Shown one piece after another: positions 13,901 to 24,644 of a DNA stretch of 64,000 bases (positions are counted from its first letter, which is position 1; each line of letters opens with the position of its first letter). Below the pieces are notes generated by a model. It had not been told where the DNA came from, did not search any database, and saw only the letters and a program-made list of their open reading frames with translations. The translations under genes were made by a program, and so were the position numbers. The DNA comes from Mizuhopecten yessoensis (taxonomy: Eukaryota), in the NCBI RefSeq assembly GCF_002113885.1, contig NW_018407609.1, positions 1,929-65,928 on the forward strand, in the 5' to 3' direction.

Positions 13901-15091
13901 AATAATTAAGATCTCCGGAGAATTGTACAATAACTGTTTTCGTGAATGAAACAGGGTATTGTAAGGTCATGCTATTAGAATTCTTGGCGTCATAATAGAG
14001 TTGTCTACTTTTACTGAAATTGCACTGGTTGTGCTTACATGTCAGCATTGCAGATTAGAAAGTTTCAGATTATAATCTCAGTACATTACTTGCATGTTAC
14101 AATTAAATCCTAAAAAAACACCAAAACACCCAAAAAGCGAAAAAAACATTTATAATTCGCTTGTTTTACATTACGATCTGATAGCTCTATCAGTCTATCT
14201 CGTTTAAAAAACAGAATTGTCACTACTTTTTATCCGCTTACTTATTATTGAGGGACCCAAAATGGGACACTGTTCATATACATGTGTGCTTCAGCATGCT
14301 TATTTTACAAGACATATTCTAAATCAAAATTGATTTTTAAGCAAATGTAGCCATTTTATCTGCCTAATATGTTGCATGTAACAATTACATGTCGAGTAAT
14401 TCCCGGCTCTCACAAATCAAAAATGAAATGAAAATACTATATCTACCCGGGAAATCTGTCACCGTTATCTGTCACTCTCAGCATGCATTTAGCGATGCTC
14501 TCAAGTTGAACTGTTATACTTTGTGAACTGTGTAGCCATATTGTATATTACAGCGTTCTTGTTCATCGACATGGCATTGCTGTTTATAAATGTAACCTTG
14601 TGTCATCGGTTTTCTCGCCCTTAGGAAGCAATCGTGGAATTCGTACTCATACTGTAACAAAACAGTTAAAATTACCGAGGGCTCTAAGGTACACGTGACC
14701 TACCAATTGAAAACGGACAGTGTGCTTTTTTTGTTTTGTTTTTTGTTTTGTTTTTTCAATTCAAGTTTATTCCGGGGGCCTTACGACCCATAGGCATACA
14801 TAAATATAATACATAATATTACATACATATGTGGAGAGTGATATCTCATGACATGCATACAGAACACAGAAAGTAACATATACATGTCTGTATACGATAC
14901 ACAAACAACATACTAACAGAGACGGGAGGTAACTCCTCGGCAATGTTATCTTGATTGCGTTTACATAAATGCCAATTATTACTAAGTTTAATGAATATAC
15001 ATTTTACACCATTAACAATAATACTTGTATTATACAGACAGACAGACATACAGACACAAACAGACAGACAGACAGACAAACAGACACACAG

Positions 15092-15126
<35 letters not shown>

Positions 15127-16290
15127 CACACAGAAGTATAAGTAATAATTATTTTTCAGTCTATTGGCATGCTTTTCTTTGCATTCGAAATGATACATGA
15201 AATACATATGAAAGGTGTTTAACGATAACATTCGCTTTTAGCCAAAGTATGTTTTTCTTTTAAAATGTTTCCTTGTGGCAAATTTGATTCAGTGTTCGGT
15301 AAAAGACAACTCGAATACACTTTACGGTGACCAGCAACAGCAGGTTTCATCAGAATTATTATCAAAACAAAGATTTTCTTAAAATGATTAATACTGTAGA
15401 GTTTCATATATTTTTTTTACCTCCTTTATTTAGAATCTTATAAATTTTTGTGCATAGTCTAATTTCTGTTCTTTTAGGATTGAATTATTTTCCCTCCTTT
15501 TTCATTAAAAAATAATGAAAATCGAATTTTCCCAACAGTGACATAAATGCATGTCTCCTTTCCGCTTCGGCAGTGGAACAAATTGGCGTGGTCTCATTTC
15601 TTGTGCGTTCCACAGACGACACAAATGACTTTTTTTCAGGAATATGGTCATTTTGAACAAGATAAGAAGCGTATTAAGCAAAATTGTACATGAATGCGTG
15701 TTTATCTGAAGGAGAAATACATTCTTAAGTTTTCCGGCCGAACCGCAGGTATTTTTTGTCAGTTCGATGCGCTCGTTGTCATGAGATAGGGATATAACTG
15801 TTACAAAATGAAGCTTGATAGAATGGTGGCGTGGAAGTATATAACGCATGAACACTTTCGGCGAAACGATACATCTTTCTTTTGGAGTATTTAGTTTTTT
15901 TTAACATTATTTTTTCGGAGGACTCGGGAGTGGCTACGTTTAAAGGCACATACATTTATAAAGTAGTGACCTCTGATGTGTTCATGGTAATATCAAAGTT
16001 TTAGAGGCTTAGGTCAACTTTCAGTAAACTGCCAACCCAGCGATTAACATCATTTAAACCCCTTACAAATTAGCTTAGTTAAAACTGTTAACCATCTCAT
16101 GTCCCTGTGTGCAAAAGAGGGATGTGTCCGTCCACTCCTGTGGTCCTTGAACAGATCCGGCAATACATGTATGTGGAACCACTTACTCTCTATCTTGTGG
16201 TGACGTCCTTTTCCTAACGTCGCAGTAGATTGCCTCCTGAAATTCATCAATAGCTCGCCACGATTTCCTGGGTTTGTCAAGTCTGTTCAT
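4977..16290 (-). CDS. SPO11: Meiotic recombination protein SPO11 (TopoVIA homolog), exons 1-12; terminal exon off-window
   Basis: Exons joined in frame with consistent phases: 16187-16290, 13352-13480, 10504-10592, 9819-9885, 9242-9350, 8299-8385, 7802-7838, 6538-6647, 6343-6442, 5732-5769, 5501-5577, 4977-5088 (1059 nt, 353 codons). Motifs: TKRDIYY (catalytic Tyr), LASSKGCVAG, Toprim VVEKDATF, GKGFPD, DADPHG and IEIMSIYKYGS. Exon 1 (MNRLDKPRKSWRAIDEFQEAI..., GTAAGT donor, matching phase) is the least certain assignment. Confidence 0.93.
6648..7801 (-). other. U12-type (minor spliceosome) AT-AC intron 7 of SPO11
   Basis: On the minus strand the intron starts ATATCCTTT and ends ...ACCTTGACATTCTTAC (branch point, then AC). 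These boundaries keep the 37-nt and 110-nt exons in frame. Confidence 0.88.
7065..7662. mobile_element. MITE/foldback element with ~180-bp terminal inverted repeats
   Basis: 7065-7247 is the near-perfect reverse complement of 7479-7662. There is no coding capacity. Confidence 0.85.
8528..9131 (+). mobile_element. Helentron/HINE-like non-autonomous element (3' truncated) with internal ~150-bp tandem units, in SPO11 intron 5
   Basis: Starts AAGAGGCCCATGGGCCTTAACGGTCACCTGA, the same type of head as the element at 41966. GCTGCATACAAAGTTTCATCAAACT recurs at ~8739, 8888 and 9041. It ends in an ACGC/ACGAC microsatellite. Confidence 0.7.
9415..9587. repeat. 20-bp minisatellite (TAGTATTTCAGTGTGTTACA), ~8 copies
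   Basis: Direct tandem periodicity of 20 bp in SPO11 intron 4. Confidence 0.9.
9932..10190. repeat. 72-bp minisatellite, ~3.5 copies
   Basis: CCACAGGGCCC...TAAGCAATG units recur every 72 bp (9940, 10012, 10084) in SPO11 intron 3. Confidence 0.9.
10967..13395 (-). repeat. 54-bp tandem array (45 units) made of the 3' ~44 nt of SPO11 exon 2 plus the donor GTAGGATTTC
   Basis: Minus-strand unit: ACAACATTGGTCTACAACAGTCGGACGTCCTGGGACAATATCAG|GTAGGATTTC. Donors run from 13351 to 10975, a span of 44x54 bp. Confidence 0.95.
14755..14830 (-). mobile_element. 3' end fragment of a LINE/SINE (stem-loop plus AAACTTG-type tail)
   Basis: The minus strand reads GGGTCGTAAGGCCCCCGGAATAAACTTGAATTGAAA. This resembles the 3' end of the LINE at 47219-47258 (GGGCCAATGGCCC...AATAAAACTTGAAACTTG). 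Confidence 0.5.
15035..15132. repeat. Compound (CAGA)n/(CA)n microsatellite
   Basis: Directly visible simple repeat. Confidence 0.95.
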
Positions 16291-18510
16291 CACGGAAGCT
16301 TGTCGTCTGCTACATAAAACGCCACCTAGCGGACCAAACTATCATTAATTATCTCCCTTATGGACTGCATAAAGTTAAAAAAATCTTTGATAACACACAA
16401 AACAAATTCCTTTAAACTGGTAATATACATTTATTTCCTGGTTAAACAAGTAAAACACAGTCGAGACTCAAGGGAAAAAAATCAGAACTCAAAGACAACA
16501 GCTGAAAACTAAAAGAGATTTAGCCGGTATACATCCAGAGAAGTAGCTTTCCTGCACCACGAACGCCACTTGATATGTCCGTTCCTTCAAATCAAGGAAA
16601 GTAGGAAGGCCAACGAAGAAAATATGGTTGACACAATTTGTATCAGTGCCAGACATCTACAGATAACATCGTACCTTGATGGACACAGTTATCTCTCTAG
16701 ACTAGTGGCACGGTTCAAAATATACACACTTTTGGAACTATTTAATTTGGAATTAACCAGTAGTTCTGTTGTAGGACGAAGAATAGTGATAAAGATATAT
16801 ATATATAGTGCCGTCGCTGGGGCGCGATCATTGGCTCTCCAGCCTGATGCTCTATCGCTGAGCTAAAGGGAAATTCCCTACAGCTGACGCTTTTAAGGCA
16901 ACCTAATAAATGCACATCTTTTACAGTTCTACTCCTCCAAATTTTGAAATTCATAAATTGAGGTGTCGAACGCACCTGCCCCTCGGTTTCTACGATAGAT
17001 AAGCCATTTTGGATTTCCAATTTTTTGCCACTAGCATCACCAATGAGTCATAGAAGGACGCAACAACTATTTGATGTAGTGTATTTTTTTTTTTTGGCAT
17101 ACTGTATCTATTTACAAATTTTACAAGTGCATCATATGTGTAGGCAATACGTTCATCTTTCAATCCAATCAGTGTATTGCATGTCCGTAGCCTGCGGACA
17201 GTAATATTGACGATCATCAAATTTAGATCGTAATGTACGGTAGAAACTGAACAAGACATAATTATATTCATTGTTCATTCAACATCAAAAAACACTTATT
17301 TTTAATGGATATAAGTACGCATTTTTTAATCACAAAAGTTGCTTTTGTATACGTATTACAAAAACATTAATATACAATGACTTTTTCAAAGATGATTATT
17401 TTTGTCTAGTAAGTATATTTGATACCTATTTGTACAGCTGGATAGACTGGAACAATCAGTGTAACGTGTCAACGGCAATAGCCAACCGCTGTGAGCGGTA
17501 ATTAACTCGTGACCTCTTTGCCAGGAGGAAGGAACACAGGGTACCAACTCCGGTACATGCTTTCTTTTCTAAGGCTGGTTGTATACCTTATAAGATGCTA
17601 ACAACGTCAACCTCGTGTGTCATGAGTGTAAAATAAAACTTGACTTGAAACTTGACCTATTTTGGACTAAGGTAAGAGATTTGACGCCGGGAGTCGATCC
17701 TGCACCTACAAGTAAACCACTGTAGAACGTCTAAGGGTCGTTGGTAATAGGTACCATTAAGAGATTTTCTATTTCATCGGATATTTACGAAAGGAGTGAA
17801 GTTGGTTTCATTCCAGCTTCAGGGCGAGTTCATAAATTTCATTTGAAATTTAATGCTTTTTCAATCCGATAACGAAGAAATGTTAATTATCTTAATTCAG
17901 AGGTCGCATTGAACTAACGACAAAAAAATAAATGAATAAAAAACAACAACGGTGTATTTATTGGATAACACGATAGCCATGTAATAGAGTAATTTTCCGT
18001 TGTTATATTTGGTTTTTCTATATAAGTTTGAGTTATAATAAAGCTATCCACAATGCTAGTTATTTTAATTATTTTTATTATATTTCTGTAAGAAGAACAA
18101 CCGGTCGCCCTCTGCATTACTAAAACTCCCATTAATGTTTTGGTGGAATTTTTTATCTGACTTATTTCTCTTCGCGCCGCTGTAAGCGAATCAGAAATCG
18201 CGTTACACATGATGTTTATAACTAACAGACGTTTAAAACCAGGATCTAGACATTTTTGTTATTAAAATGACAGTCAAAATACCAAACAAATGTTAAATTC
18301 GCCACAAATATTGTTTACAGTGTAAACGAAATAGAAACATCGACACACGCATGACTTTTAGAATACTTTCATTTTTCTGCGAAGGCATGAGGAAGATGGA
18401 TGGATCGGACGTCTTTGAAAATATCAGGATAATAAAACACTTGTGGCAGATTTTAATTGTGCGTAGGATAACGGTCGCCTTCTAGCTTCGAGCTAGAGGG
18501 AATTTACATT

Positions 18511-18587
18511 TAGCTCAGCGGTAGAGCGTCGATTAGGAAGTCTGGTTCGATTCCTGGTTGAAGCACACTATTATCTTTCCTGTTACA
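18511..18587 (+). mobile_element. tRNA-derived SINE-like relic
   Basis: A-box-like TAGCTCAGCGGTAGAGC and B-box-like GGTTCGATTCC, but the anticodon arm is collapsed and there is no acceptor stem. Confidence 0.55.
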
Positions 18588-18889
18588 CACCGTATCGCCT
18601 GGTTATTTTGGGCGATTACACGCCCCTGGAAAATAGTTCTAGCCTTAGGGCTGACAGCTTCCTTCCCATGATCTGTTTAGATTTTGTTATTCACGCTTGA
18701 TGTGTGTGTCTCTCAAAAAGAGCGTGCATATTCAAGAGAGGGTCGTACCAATAATTGATATACTTCCTCTTTGACCTAGGGAATGATCATACAAAAATAG
18801 GTTCAACCCAGTGCAGATCCATAAGGACACCAGATAAAATAGTTAAGCTGTGAAATAAGTATTAATATTTATTTTCAATCATTTCTCTT

Positions 18890-19010
18890 TTCTTTGACAA
18901 GAGGTGGCTAACTTTTACAAAAGCCTTAGACAAATCCATAACTAACACATCCATTTTCTTTGAGCTATCCAGCGTTTTGGTGATGTTATCAACAAATCCG
19001 AAAGTTGTGA
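18890..19010 (-). pseudogene. Degenerate LINE reverse transcriptase fragment
   Basis: Translates to FVDNITKTLDSSKKMDVLVMDLSKAFVKVSH, matching the RT D-x-SKAFD-x-V-x-H motif region. Confidence 0.7.
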
Positions 19011-21019
19011 TTCGCAAAGAATAGAATTTTCGTAAAAAACCACTTGTTTGAGAGGATATAAGATAACATGGCGACCGGAATGTGTTATGATGTAAGATAC
19101 CATGATAATTATGCTTCATAATTTTGCAACAAATTTGTGTCCAATTTTCGGTCTTTTTTAATATTGGAGCATTATGGGAGGTGTTCCTATCTTGGAGGAC
19201 TATGCCAGATAGCAATGATTAGTTCAAAACGTTTTCTTGTAGCTGTATAGAGAATATGAAAAACATAAACGAAAAAAAGGCATTTATTAGTAGTAATTAG
19301 TTGAAATATGGTAGGACAATCGGTCTTGATGATTTCGTCTCTGATGCAACCCAAGATAATGGGATGATGCACCTACACATGGGCAGTGATAAGCGACATA
19401 CAAGCTATCAGGTAAAGAGTATCAGAAAAAATGCTTTCGCGTAATAAATAATTAATAATATGATATTTTCAGGATTAATGAGTATCTGGTGGGAACTGGA
19501 GCTCATGAGTACCGCAAATTACACATGCTTGAAAGGACCATCCTTTTTGTAATAAAAGGATACCTTTATTTTTATTATCTTTTATATGACTACTTGTTGG
19601 CAATGTATCCAGCAACACAGTTGGGGACACCTGCGTCATGAATTTATTTATTTTCACCAGGAAGTGTTTGAAAATAGTCGTTTCTAAATTTGACAAACGC
19701 TTAAGATTTGTCAAGAGGTAATAAAAAGCTAGGGGAGGTTTAATTACTTAGACATTTTATGTGAGCCAAAGTTTGCGGTCGATCGAGTAAAGGATGTAAT
19801 ATGATTTGTTGTAACGTTAATGGATTTTGTTTGTTTCGTTATATCATATGATTGGCATTAAATACCATATAATTACGACTATGAAAGATCAAATTTTCTT
19901 TTCTAATATCAATGATTATATTTCTTTCAAGTCACTTATATCATATCCTTCATATGTCGAAGTTATATACTCGTTTCCCCGAGTAGGCTTCGGGTAAAGA
20001 ATGCGGTACTACTGCGATTTACTTGCTAGTCTTGCTATTACATCGTTTTTCGGACTTTACATGTAGGGTTTATTCGTTTATTCTCGATTCACGATTGCGA
20101 GGATGCTATTTCAATATTGAGGGAAATAATCGATGGAATATATATTTGCGGAAGAGTTGTATTCGCTCATGAGTTTCCTAGCGAATTAAGTTGATACATC
20201 GCGCTAATCAAAATGATTTACAATAACATATATTTGAGGTAAAATTTTAAACAGAAATATTGTAAAAGATCTTGAGACAAAAGGGACTCACAATATCGCT
20301 ATACGCTTTATAAAGCATTTCATTGTGGGACCATTATATCGATCAATCAACAAAACCAAATACATGCCTCGATATAAACAAGTCATATCAATATTACTCA
20401 AACATGCAAAACAAATTTAAACAGCAGGATTAGTTGTCTGGTTAATATGGGAATCGTACTCGACCATTTGAAATTGCTCACAATCTTAAGCTATACTATG
20501 CTTAACTACGGTTTGTGGGGTTCTTAATCTGCCCGCGCATGGATTTTATACAAACTTTGCAATTTTAATGGTGTAGTGAAATCACTTCGGAAACCGATAG
20601 TATTGTTTTAAAGTGTGTAAAGAAAATGCAGAAAGGGCCTGTATTGGTGTTTTTCCTGAAAAATTAGGAGGTACCCCGATATTTGATGTCATAAGTACAC
20701 ACAATCAGGATAGATTGTTGTAGATTGTTCACATTAGGATTGTGGAGACACTAAGCATTCCATTAATATGTATTTTGTATGTTTTAAGTAAGTGATATAA
20801 AACATCAACTGGCTTACCATGACCACACTCAATTAAAAATATCGACCAAACAAATCACACTTGAATATTCAAAGTCTATTTCTTATAGGCTTTCTTAGAT
20901 GTCTCTTCTTCGTAAGTATTTAAAAATAGTTTTAGGGTATTGTTAACATTAGTGAACATTTTTTATTTAAATTGATAACCTGGAACATAGTCTACCAGCC
21001 TGTCTTATATACCTACCCC

Positions 21020-21247
21020 ATCCTCCTCCTCCTCCTTCTCCTCCTTCTCCTCATCAATATATATTGTCATCGTCATAATCATCATCATACGCCATCTTCT
21101 TACACCATCATCATCATTATAATCATCCACAATACACCATCAGTATCGTCATTTACATATTCAGTCCGTCATCATAATCATATACCATCATCTTACATCA
21201 TCATCAACAACATATCAGCATCCTCTGCAATGTATGATGATGATCAT

Positions 21248-21279
<32 letters not shown>

Positions 21280-21352
21280 GCATCAACAATGTATGACAAT
21301 CATCAACATTATCTACAATCATCTTACATCATCATCAACAATATTTCATCAT

Positions 21353-21383
<31 letters not shown>

Positions 21384-21448
21384 AGCAGCATCAACAATGT
21401 ATGACAATCATCAACATTATCTACAATCTTACATCATCATCAACAAAT

Positions 21449-21482
<34 letters not shown>

Positions 21483-21490
21483 CCACCACA
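21020..21490. repeat. Degenerate CAT/CAG/CCT trinucleotide region with an internal duplication
   Basis: (CAT)n(CAG)n CATCAACAATGTATGACAATC occurs twice (~21243 and ~21346). It is present in duplication copy A only. Confidence 0.9.
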
Positions 21491-22276
21491 TTCTTATCAG
21501 ATGAACGCAGGTAATTACATCTTTTAATGACGTAACTCAGTACTCCAGTATATATGCAAATATCTCGTTGACTGTTTTGCTGCCTTTCAAGTTATCCTTC
21601 CAACTTGGCCCGTCTTGCTTATTTCATTTTTTATTTCTTATTGTCTTCTGACTACACTCTCCTTTCATCTTCATTAAGATTTATTTATATTGTCCTACAC
21701 TAGTCACTTATACTATACTACTATAGAATTCTTCTCAGTTTAAAACCTGTATACAGTATGTCTGAAAATTGTTAAGCAAGCTGGCAGAATATATAGCGGA
21801 ACATTTTACTTACACAGGTGACTTTGAGGTCTTTGGTGTGTGTCCCAGTCTAGCTAGTGCGCTAATTATTTTTATATTGCCCCCACAACATGGAATAAAA
21901 TTAAATGTTATGGAGCTTCAAAAGGAAGTAACATGCATGCATTTGATAAAATGCATGTCAGGCCCTGTCGAGCTGTTCTTTTTGCAAGATTCCGAATAAA
22001 ACTTTCTATTCAGCCATAGTATGAATAAGTTTCATAAATCCGTGCGTGGGCAGGGTCTATAGGAATTTTAACATAGCCACGAACACCACCTTTTTAGAAC
22101 ATTACTCATAATCCCTTTCTCTGTTTTGAGGGGGAAACTTCATTTGTGGGAATACCATTTAAAACACAAATGCATTGCCGACACAGCCATTAATCTCAAT
22201 ACATAATTTAAGTGTTTGGTAAATAGTCAAAAGTTCATCTTAAAATCTTCCTAATTTCTAATTTCTTCAAAATAGG

Positions 22277-22346
22277 TATAAAAGCAGCGATTTGTTAACA
22301 TATCAAGTAGAAGCTCGGAGGAGAGAGAGAGCGATCTAAGAGAAAG
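22277..22346 (+). promoter_or_regulatory. TATA box and non-coding exon 1 of BRICHOS gene copy A
   Basis: TATAAAA at 22277, and ~65 nt downstream the donor AAAG|GTAAGT. Conserved in copy B. Confidence 0.65.
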
Positions 22347-22545
22347 GTAAGTCTCTTGTTTCACCAAGGTCTTTTCTAACGTAGCTTAAAAACCAAGAGA
22401 CTCATTTTGTGCTGGAAAGGGAATATGAAAAACACCCAAATTCATTTATTACATTAATTTATTTATTTGAATTATGATTATCAATAACAATATTTCTAAT
22501 GAATGCTTAACACATATAATGTACTTTTCTGAATCTAGGTTGATC

Positions 22546-23667
22546 ATGCGCCTGTTGATCGTAGTAGCAGTTGGTCTATTGGCTGAAATAGGCCAAACAA
22601 CATCAGCAGACGACAGTCATGTCACTTTGGTATGCAGCAGTGCTGGAAACATGTAGAGTGTAATCCGTATCCTAAGTTGTTTTTTTAATATTTCATATCC
22701 TTAGCGTTTAGATATTTGTATATAAGGTCATTTAATTTTCTCGGTACTGATATCTTCTTTCTTTGATGGATATCGCCAGGTTTAAGGCCCTGCGATAAAT
22801 CCTACTTACAAAAATATCCAACATAGGAGGGTCCTCACATCTTTTTTCACATAGTATCTCCATTATTATATAGTCTCATTTTTATCATTAAAATAAGGAT
22901 TCATTTGCAGTTCCATGTAAAATATGGACTGTAAAACGATTTACGCTTTATTGAATTATTCTCAAGTAAATTGTAAGAATGTTATAGCAGAATGTGCTAT
23001 ACTAAAACAGAAGTTTCATCGTTTATATTTTGTAATATACTCGTTTATAAGTTCAATGTGCATTTTTTCGGATTTTCAGTTTAAAAGATTTAATTCGGCA
23101 AAAATTGGCTGCTTGAAATATCGTATCTTGAAACCCAGGAAAATTGACTTTATTAAAATATGGATATTCTCTTGCGGGATGTTACATTTCGTTTCGATAG
23201 TACCATATACGATTTCAAAAAGAAAAGAATTCAATAAATATGATTAAGCAATGAATGTTTTAACAAAATTTGTTATGGTCCTATAACAGATAATGATGTA
23301 ATATTAACGACAAACTGAATAAAGCCCGGCAGGGCTTTATAAATGTTTGAAATAAGAAGTGATAAAAGTGTGGTGAAAAACTTAACTTCATTTACTGTAA
23401 TGCGTGTTCATAAGAGTTGCTTTCTTATTCATTATGTATCTATTTACCTTTTTTATTTTTTCAAAAAACAAAAATTATTTGGAAACTGCTTATAGAATTT
23501 TGTCTCCGGAATTTTTCCTCGTGTAGTTCCTGTCTCAGAATATCAGTACAGCAGAGGGGGACGTGTTTGCTGTCAACATGGAAACGGATAAAACCGAAGG
23601 GAAGGACATTGTGCACTCAACTATGAATGGGAATGGTTCCCAGACGGTGGTTACAGACCATGCACTG
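22546..23667 (+). pseudogene. Partial duplicate (coding exons 2-3 only) of the BRICHOS precursor gene; possibly an alternative 5' cassette
   Basis: Exons 22546-22629 (MRLLIVVAVGLLAEIGQTTSADDSHVTL) and 23527-23667 (FLSQNISTAEG...TDHAL) have intact splice sites. No downstream exons of its own were found. Confidence 0.8.
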
Positions 23668-23879
23668 GTGAGTTGCATCAGTATATTCAGCTCACCTGTT
23701 TAAAAAATAGAATAATTGGGGGTTAGTAGGTGATGTGAGGGCATACATTGGTTTTGACTTCTTCGCAATGCCGGAACAACAATTCTATGATCGGAGTACT
23801 TTGGTTTTTACCTTTGTAGAGTCACATAGTTGTGTGTGTGTTTTTTCCAAATTGTGAATGCAACACTTATGTGATAAAA

Positions 23880-24030
23880 AAATTCTTATATTCGTGTCTA
23901 TGTCATATTGACTTAATTAAACTTGTTGAATAAATTGATTTGACACTCACCTAAAGGCTCGTGTCATATTAAATTATTGAACTCCTTTAATAAATTCAAT
24001 ATGACATGGACACTCATGTAAGATCCTCTA
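23880..24030. mobile_element. Short palindromic MITE-like hairpin
   Basis: TCTTATATTCGTGTCTATGTCATATTGA is an imperfect inverted repeat of TCAATATGACATGGACACTCATGTAAGA, centred near 23955. Confidence 0.6.
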
Positions 24031-24540
24031 CATATAACACTCAGATCAAAGACCTTGTAGAAAGTACTGATTCCTTTGTGCTGTACATGATTAACTTGTT
24101 CTCATTTCAACATTTGTTATAAAATTTAGAATTAAAGACTAATACAACTTATAAATATTGAATCACATACGCTCTGTATCAATATAAAATATAGAGCTAT
24201 TTAATTTCGTTCGACTATATAATACCAAGGCCTGTAAATAGCATAAGTACAATCAAATAAAGAAAACGAAAAACCTCCAAAATGTAATTTAAGAAAAATA
24301 CGAACAACTATGTTCCGCACGTGGGATTTCAATAACTGTTTGAAGAAAGACAACTCGAATGCACTAAGAGTAAAACGTAATTGACTAGTAGATCTCCGGC
24401 AGCTTTGGGTGAATTGTCAAGCCAACCGATAGTATCATTCAAAGTCCCTTTTTGCGGAATACGCTATTTGGAGAGTAGATGTGCCCAATCTCCAGTCAAA
24501 ATTACATGTGGTCCTTTAACTGATTTGTGAAACCACTCAC

Positions 24541-24644
24541 TCCCTATCTCGTAGTGACGTCCTCTTCCTAACGTCGCAGTAGATTTCCGTCTGAAATTCA
24601 TCATTAGCTCGCCATGACACCCCGGGTCTGTCAAGTCTGTCCAT
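24541..24644 (-). other. SPO11: Duplicated SPO11 exon 1 (exon 1b), open frame with an intact donor
   Basis: ATG...MDRLDRPGVSWRANDEFQTEIYCDVRKRTSLRDR(GA)|GTGAGT. It has the same 104-nt length and phase as 16187-16290. Confidence 0.7.

Larger units (their letters stand above)
15290..23766. repeat. Segmental duplication copy A (SPO11 exon 1, intergenic region, BRICHOS gene promoter and exons 1-3)
   Basis: Collinear blocks match copy B: 16140-16325~24510-24685, 16968-18230~24700-26080, 19560-20510~31660-32585, 22130-23766~32625-34301. Homology ends at GTTTTGACTTCTTCGC. Confidence 0.9.

Noticed and set aside
18511-18587. Functional tRNA gene
   Set aside because: A and B boxes are present, but it cannot form a cloverleaf (no anticodon arm or acceptor stem).
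20972-21514. PolyQ/polyH/polyS ORFs
   Set aside because: These are translations of a CAT/CAG microsatellite that is absent from the paralogous duplication copy.
22924-23626. Duplicated ORFs (also 33585-34161) as paralogous small proteins
   Set aside because: They are intronic or wrong-frame readings of the BRICHOS gene, and their similarity reflects the DNA duplication.
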